A stretch of 64,000 nt of DNA from positions 8,575 through 72,574 of IMG/VR virus record IMGVR_UViG_3300009152_000039; one strand, given 5' to 3'. Shown here piece after piece: positions 60,301-64,000 of the stretch. Source of the stretch: a virus. The notes beneath the pieces were generated by a model. The model saw nothing but the letters and a program-made list of their open reading frames with translations, did not search any database and was not told where the DNA came from. Position numbers and translations under genes: made by a program. The first letter of the stretch is position 1. Each line of letters opens with the position of its first letter.

Positions 60301-60308
60301 TATAAATA
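60301..60308 (+). promoter_or_regulatory. T4-type late promoter for genes 22-23
   Basis: TATAAATA in the gap, 28 nt before the gp22 ATG. Confidence 0.8.
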
Positions 60309-60336
60309 ATAAAGATACTTTTAAGGAGTAAAGAAA

Positions 60337-61296
60337 ATGGCAACAAAACAACAACTAGATGAATTACAAGTGGGTGGTGGTGCTACTGGAGTCTCCATGG
60401 TTCCAGATGCAGGCACAAAGAAAACCACACTACCTAATTCAAAGTCCCAAGGTGACATGAATCCCCAATCATTGGCTGGCGATCAAGAAGAAACTGATCC
60501 ACAAAACAATACAAAGCCAACTGGTGATATGTCAGCACAGAACAAAGCAACAATTGCTACTAAAGAGCACTTAGAAGCTATGTTCAATGGTGAAGATCTT
60601 TCGGAAGACTTCAGAGAAAAAGCTACTACTATTTTTGAAGCAGCTATTGAAGCTCGTATTGCTGATGAAGTTCAAGCTCTTGAAGAGCACTATACACAGC
60701 AACTAGAAGAAGCTATTTCTGAAGTAGCTAGCGAACTGACTGCTAAGTTAGACGACTACCTTGATTACTGTGTTGAGCAGTGGATGAAGGAAAACGAGGT
60801 CGCTATTGAGCATTCACTCAAGTCAGAAATCACAGAAGATTTCATGGATGGCCTCAAAGATCTATTCGCTGAGAACTACATTGAAATCCCAGAAGACAAA
60901 CTTGATGTTCTAGAGCAATTGACTGCTAAAGTTGAAGAACTAGAAAACAAGTTAAATGATTCTATCTCCGAAAACATCGAAATGATGAAATCGCTAGATG
61001 GTTATACGCAGCAAGAAGTATTTTATTCTGTAGCTGAAGGTTTAGCACTGACACAAGTTGAAAAACTACGTCAACTAGCCGAAGGAATTAACTTCGATGA
61101 TGCCAGCTCATATCAGAAAAAATTGCTGCTTGTTAAGGAAAACTATTTCCCAACACAATCAAATGCAACTGCGCAGTATATTGCAGAAGAAGATTACGCA
61201 ATTGGTAACAACGATCTATATGAAGAAAAGACAGTTTCTTTCCAAGATCCATCGGTAAAGCGTTACTTTTCGGCTATCTCGCGCACTGCAAAGTAA
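60337..61296 (+). CDS. 22: prohead scaffolding/core protein gp22
   Basis: LSEDFREKATTIFEAA, LDDYLDY.VEQWM.EN; acidic coiled coil. Confidence 0.92.
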   Translation: MATKQQLDELQVGGGATGVSMVPDAGTKKTTLPNSKSQGDMNPQSLAGDQEETDPQNNTKPTGDMSAQNKATIATKEHLEAMFNGEDLSEDFREKATTIFEAAIEARIADEVQALEEHYTQQLEEAISEVASELTAKLDDYLDYCVEQWMKENEVAIEHSLKSEITEDFMDGLKDLFAENYIEIPEDKLDVLEQLTAKVEELENKLNDSISENIEMMKSLDGYTQQEVFYSVAEGLALTQVEKLRQLAEGINFDDASSYQKKLLLVKENYFPTQSNATAQYIAEEDYAIGNNDLYEEKTVSFQDPSVKRYFSAISRTAK

Positions 61297-61340
61297 TAAA
61301 TATAAAAAGAATATTATCAACCCTGTAAGGAGAAGTAAAA

Positions 61341-62672
61341 ATGATGTTAGCTGAAGATCTACAAGCAAAATGGGACCCAATCCTGGCTCACCCAGATTTG
61401 TCCCCAATCAAGGATATGCATCGCAGAAGCGTTACTGCTGTTGTTCTAGAGAACACAGAAAGAGCCCTCCGTGAAGCAAATCAATATGTTCCACAAACAC
61501 TTACTGAAGCTGCTCCAGCTAACCAGACCGGTGCTGATATCGATACATTCGATCCAGTTTTGATCTCGTTGGTTCGTCGTGCAATGCCTAACTTGATCGC
61601 TTATGATATCTGCGGTGTCCAGCCAATGACTGGTCCTACCGGCTTGATCTTCGCAATGCGTTCTAAGTACAGCAACAGCTCGAACAGCGGTGTTGAAAAC
61701 TTCTACAACGAAGTTAACACATCGTTCTCGTCAGTTGTTACTGGTGCAAACACCTTGGGTCAAAAGCAAGTTGGTGGTTATCCAGGTAACACTACAACTG
61801 GTACAGATAACTTGGCTGAGACTGGTATTTACAACTTTGGTTCCGGTATGTCGACAGCTCAAGCAGAAGCTTTGGGTTCTTCGGGTAACGTAGCTTTTGC
61901 TGAAATGGCATTCTCAATTGAGAAAGTTACTGTTACAGCTAAGTCGCGTGCTCTGAAAGCTGAATACTCGATGGAACTGGCACAGGACTTGAAAGCAATT
62001 CACGGTCTTGACGCAGAGACAGAATTGTCCAACATCTTGTCGGCTGAGATCCTTGCTGAGATCAACCGTGAAGTTGTTCGTACAATCAACGTTACAGCTA
62101 CTAAAGGTGCTACAGAAAACACAACTACAGCTGGTCGTTTTGACTTGGATACTGACTCAAATGGCCGTTGGTCGGTTGAGAAGTTCAAGGGTCTGATGTT
62201 CCAAGTTGAGCGTGAAGCTAACCAAATTGCCAAGGCTACTCGTCGTGGTAAAGGTAACATGATCATCTGTTCTTCTGACGTTGCTTCGGCACTTCAGATG
62301 GCCGGTGTTCTTGATTACGCTCCTGCTCTAAACAGCAACAACTTGAACGTTGACGATACTGGCAATACTTTTGCTGGTGTTCTGAACGGTCGTATGCGCG
62401 TTTACATCGACCCATATGCAACTGGTAACTATATGGTTGTTGGTTATAAGGGTGCTTCTGCATTCGACGCTGGTCTCTTCTACTGCCCATACGTTCCTCT
62501 GCAAATGGTTCGTGCAGTTGATCCAGACAGCTTCCAACCAAAGATTGGCTTTAAGACACGTTACGGTATGGTTGCAAACCCATATGCAGAAGGTGCTACA
62601 GTTGGTCTAGGTGCTTTGACTAAGGATAGCAACGTGTACTATCGTCGTATCCTGGTTGACAACCTGATGTAA
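61341..62672 (+). CDS. 23: major capsid protein gp23
   Basis: DPVLISLVRRAMPNLIAYDICGVQPMTGPTGLIFAMR, KSRALKAEYS.ELAQDLKAIHGLDAE, FQPKIGFKTRYG; likely gp21 site TLTE|A. Confidence 0.98.
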   Translation: MMLAEDLQAKWDPILAHPDLSPIKDMHRRSVTAVVLENTERALREANQYVPQTLTEAAPANQTGADIDTFDPVLISLVRRAMPNLIAYDICGVQPMTGPTGLIFAMRSKYSNSSNSGVENFYNEVNTSFSSVVTGANTLGQKQVGGYPGNTTTGTDNLAETGIYNFGSGMSTAQAEALGSSGNVAFAEMAFSIEKVTVTAKSRALKAEYSMELAQDLKAIHGLDAETELSNILSAEILAEINREVVRTINVTATKGATENTTTAGRFDLDTDSNGRWSVEKFKGLMFQVEREANQIAKATRRGKGNMIICSSDVASALQMAGVLDYAPALNSNNLNVDDTGNTFAGVLNGRMRVYIDPYATGNYMVVGYKGASAFDAGLFYCPYVPLQMVRAVDPDSFQPKIGFKTRYGMVANPYAEGATVGLGALTKDSNVYYRRILVDNLM

Positions 62673-62712
62673 TTTGAATATAAAAATTACAATATAACAC
62701 AGCTGCAATTTT

Positions 62713-62739
62713 GAGAGGACCTTCGGGTCCTCTCTTTTT
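62713..62739 (+). terminator. intrinsic terminator with cUUCGg tetraloop after gene 23
   Basis: gagaggacc-ttcg-ggtcctctc followed by ttttt. Confidence 0.9.
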
Positions 62740-62768
62740 GTTTGCATAAATAGTAAAAAGGAGATACT

Positions 62769-63314
62769 ATGAGTGCCTTAGCAAACACACCGACAAATAG
62801 AAACGCGCTTTCACCAATTAATTTTAAAATGGTGCTTCAGAAGGCACCTGGTGTAACTTTCTTTCTTCAAGGGTTCTCGTTACCTGGATTGACGTTTGAA
62901 GGTGACATTAATATGCCTACTCCTTTTGTTAAGATTCCTATTCCTGGTGATCATATTAACTACTCCCCACTTACCATTTCATATATGGTGGATGAGGATT
63001 TGAATAACTACTTTGAGATTCTAAACTGGATGATTGACATTTCAGGACCAAGAGAAACACTCACCCCACCTGAATTAAACAATTCATTTGCGTTCAATAA
63101 CTCAATTAGTACTGATCCTCTAGCTACAACAAGATCAGATATTAAAATTATTGTTCTTTCAAGCTCCAAGAACCCAAACATCGAAATAACTTTTTATGAT
63201 GCATTCCCAGTAGCTCTTGGTGAACTTGCTTTTAACACAACTGCCACGTCAGTCAATTACCTAGAGACCTCAGTAACGTTTGAATATATTAAGTATAAGA
63301 TTGTTAAACTATAG
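62769..63314 (+). CDS. 3: tail tube terminator/completion protein gp3
   Basis: NALSPINF, P.VTFF.Q..LPG, VDEDLNNY.EI.NW, FYDAFP..LG; CATAAATA upstream. Confidence 0.85.
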   Translation: MSALANTPTNRNALSPINFKMVLQKAPGVTFFLQGFSLPGLTFEGDINMPTPFVKIPIPGDHINYSPLTISYMVDEDLNNYFEILNWMIDISGPRETLTPPELNNSFAFNNSISTDPLATTRSDIKIIVLSSSKNPNIEITFYDAFPVALGELAFNTTATSVNYLETSVTFEYIKYKIVKL

Positions 63315-63343
63315 TTGACCTTTGAAAGACTTTTGTGTACAAT
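63315..63343 (+). promoter_or_regulatory. sigma70-type promoter for uvsY-uvsW
   Basis: TTGACC-17 nt-TACAAT in the intergenic gap. Confidence 0.7.
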
Positions 63344-63367
63344 GCAATCTAATACTGGGAGGATTGT

Positions 63368-63802
63368 GTGAAGACGGATGAGTTAATTAATGAATGGGAG
63401 CGAGATAGCGAGATTGATAAAACGGAACTTGGTAAAGAATCTCTACGCATTCCTCAGCTTCACTCAAAATATTTGAAAGAGTTTTACTTAGCAAAAAGTA
63501 TGCACGTGAAGCTAAATGCTGACTACAAAGCACTTTATAGAATAAAGCATCAATATTACCAAGGCATTCTTTCAAAAGAAGAGCTTGAGCAGCATGGTTG
63601 GGAACCACAGCCCTTGAAGATATTAAAATCAGACATACCAGTCTACATGGAATCTGATGAAGAGCTACAGACCATGCAAACAAAAATTCAGTTGACAGAA
63701 GATAAAATTGGACTGATAGAGAATATTATACGTACTCTCAACAATAGAGGGTACTTACTCAAGAACTGCATAGAGTGGGAAAAATTCAAGATGGGATTAT
63801 GA
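63368..63802 (+). CDS. uvsY: recombination mediator UvsY
   Basis: WERDSEID...ESLRIPQLHSKY, YYQG, NNRGY.LKN.IEW.KF. Confidence 0.9.
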   Translation: MKTDELINEWERDSEIDKTELGKESLRIPQLHSKYLKEFYLAKSMHVKLNADYKALYRIKHQYYQGILSKEELEQHGWEPQPLKILKSDIPVYMESDEELQTMQTKIQLTEDKIGLIENIIRTLNNRGYLLKNCIEWEKFKMGL

Positions 63803-64000
63803 TACAGATCGAGAAGTTTAACGATACCTACAACAAAATACATTGTAGTGACGACATAGCTCAAGAACTAAGCGATTACTTCACCTTTGAAGTGCCTGGT
63901 GCACGTTTCATTCCCTCTGTAAAGAACAAAAAATGGGATGGTAAGATAAGACTTTTCAACTCTGGCACACATAACATATATGCTGGACTGATTGACTACA
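63799..64000 (+). CDS. uvsW: DNA helicase UvsW (5' part, truncated by the window edge)
   Basis: ELSDYFTFEVPGARF.P...KWDGKIRLF; ATGA overlap with uvsY. Confidence 0.88.
   Translation, partial: MIQIEKFNDTYNKIHCSDDIAQELSDYFTFEVPGARFIPSVKNKKWDGKIRLFNSGTHNIYAGLIDY

Noticed and set aside
1-64000. Stop-codon reassignment, introns or inteins in core genes
   Set aside because: gp17, gp18, gp20 and gp23 are full length and uninterrupted in the standard code, and all three stop codons end genes.

Overview
This window is 64 kb of a large T4-like (myovirus) phage genome, probably infecting a betaproteobacterium (inferred from the PqqA and tmRNA sequence types). It begins with small early/accessory ORFs, followed by a compact pqqA - two-piece (permuted) tmRNA - SleB-like hydrolase cluster and the gp33/gp59/gp32 replication genes. 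Next come a minus-strand tail block (gp4, gp2, gp54-like, gp26-like, tape measure) and the baseplate genes (gp48, 53, 27-like, 5, PAAR, 25, 6, 7, 8). About 18 kb of highly modular Asn/Thr/Ser/Gly-rich fibre genes follow, then the canonical gp13-gp23, gp3, uvsY and uvsW run. The features missed by the ORF track are: (1) a 24-aa PqqA precursor, (2) a circularly permuted tmRNA with tag ANDSEYALAA, (3) a U7 slippery site plus hairpin that would fuse the gp26-like ORF to a start-less ORF just before the tape measure gene (a lambda G/GT-type -1 frameshift), (4) a probable AUU start for gp14, (5) a one-base frameshift splitting a ~1465-aa fibre gene, and (6) a high density of N-x-S/T sequons in virion proteins, suggesting possible virion N-glycosylation. 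All calls come from reading the sequence; no database searches were run.
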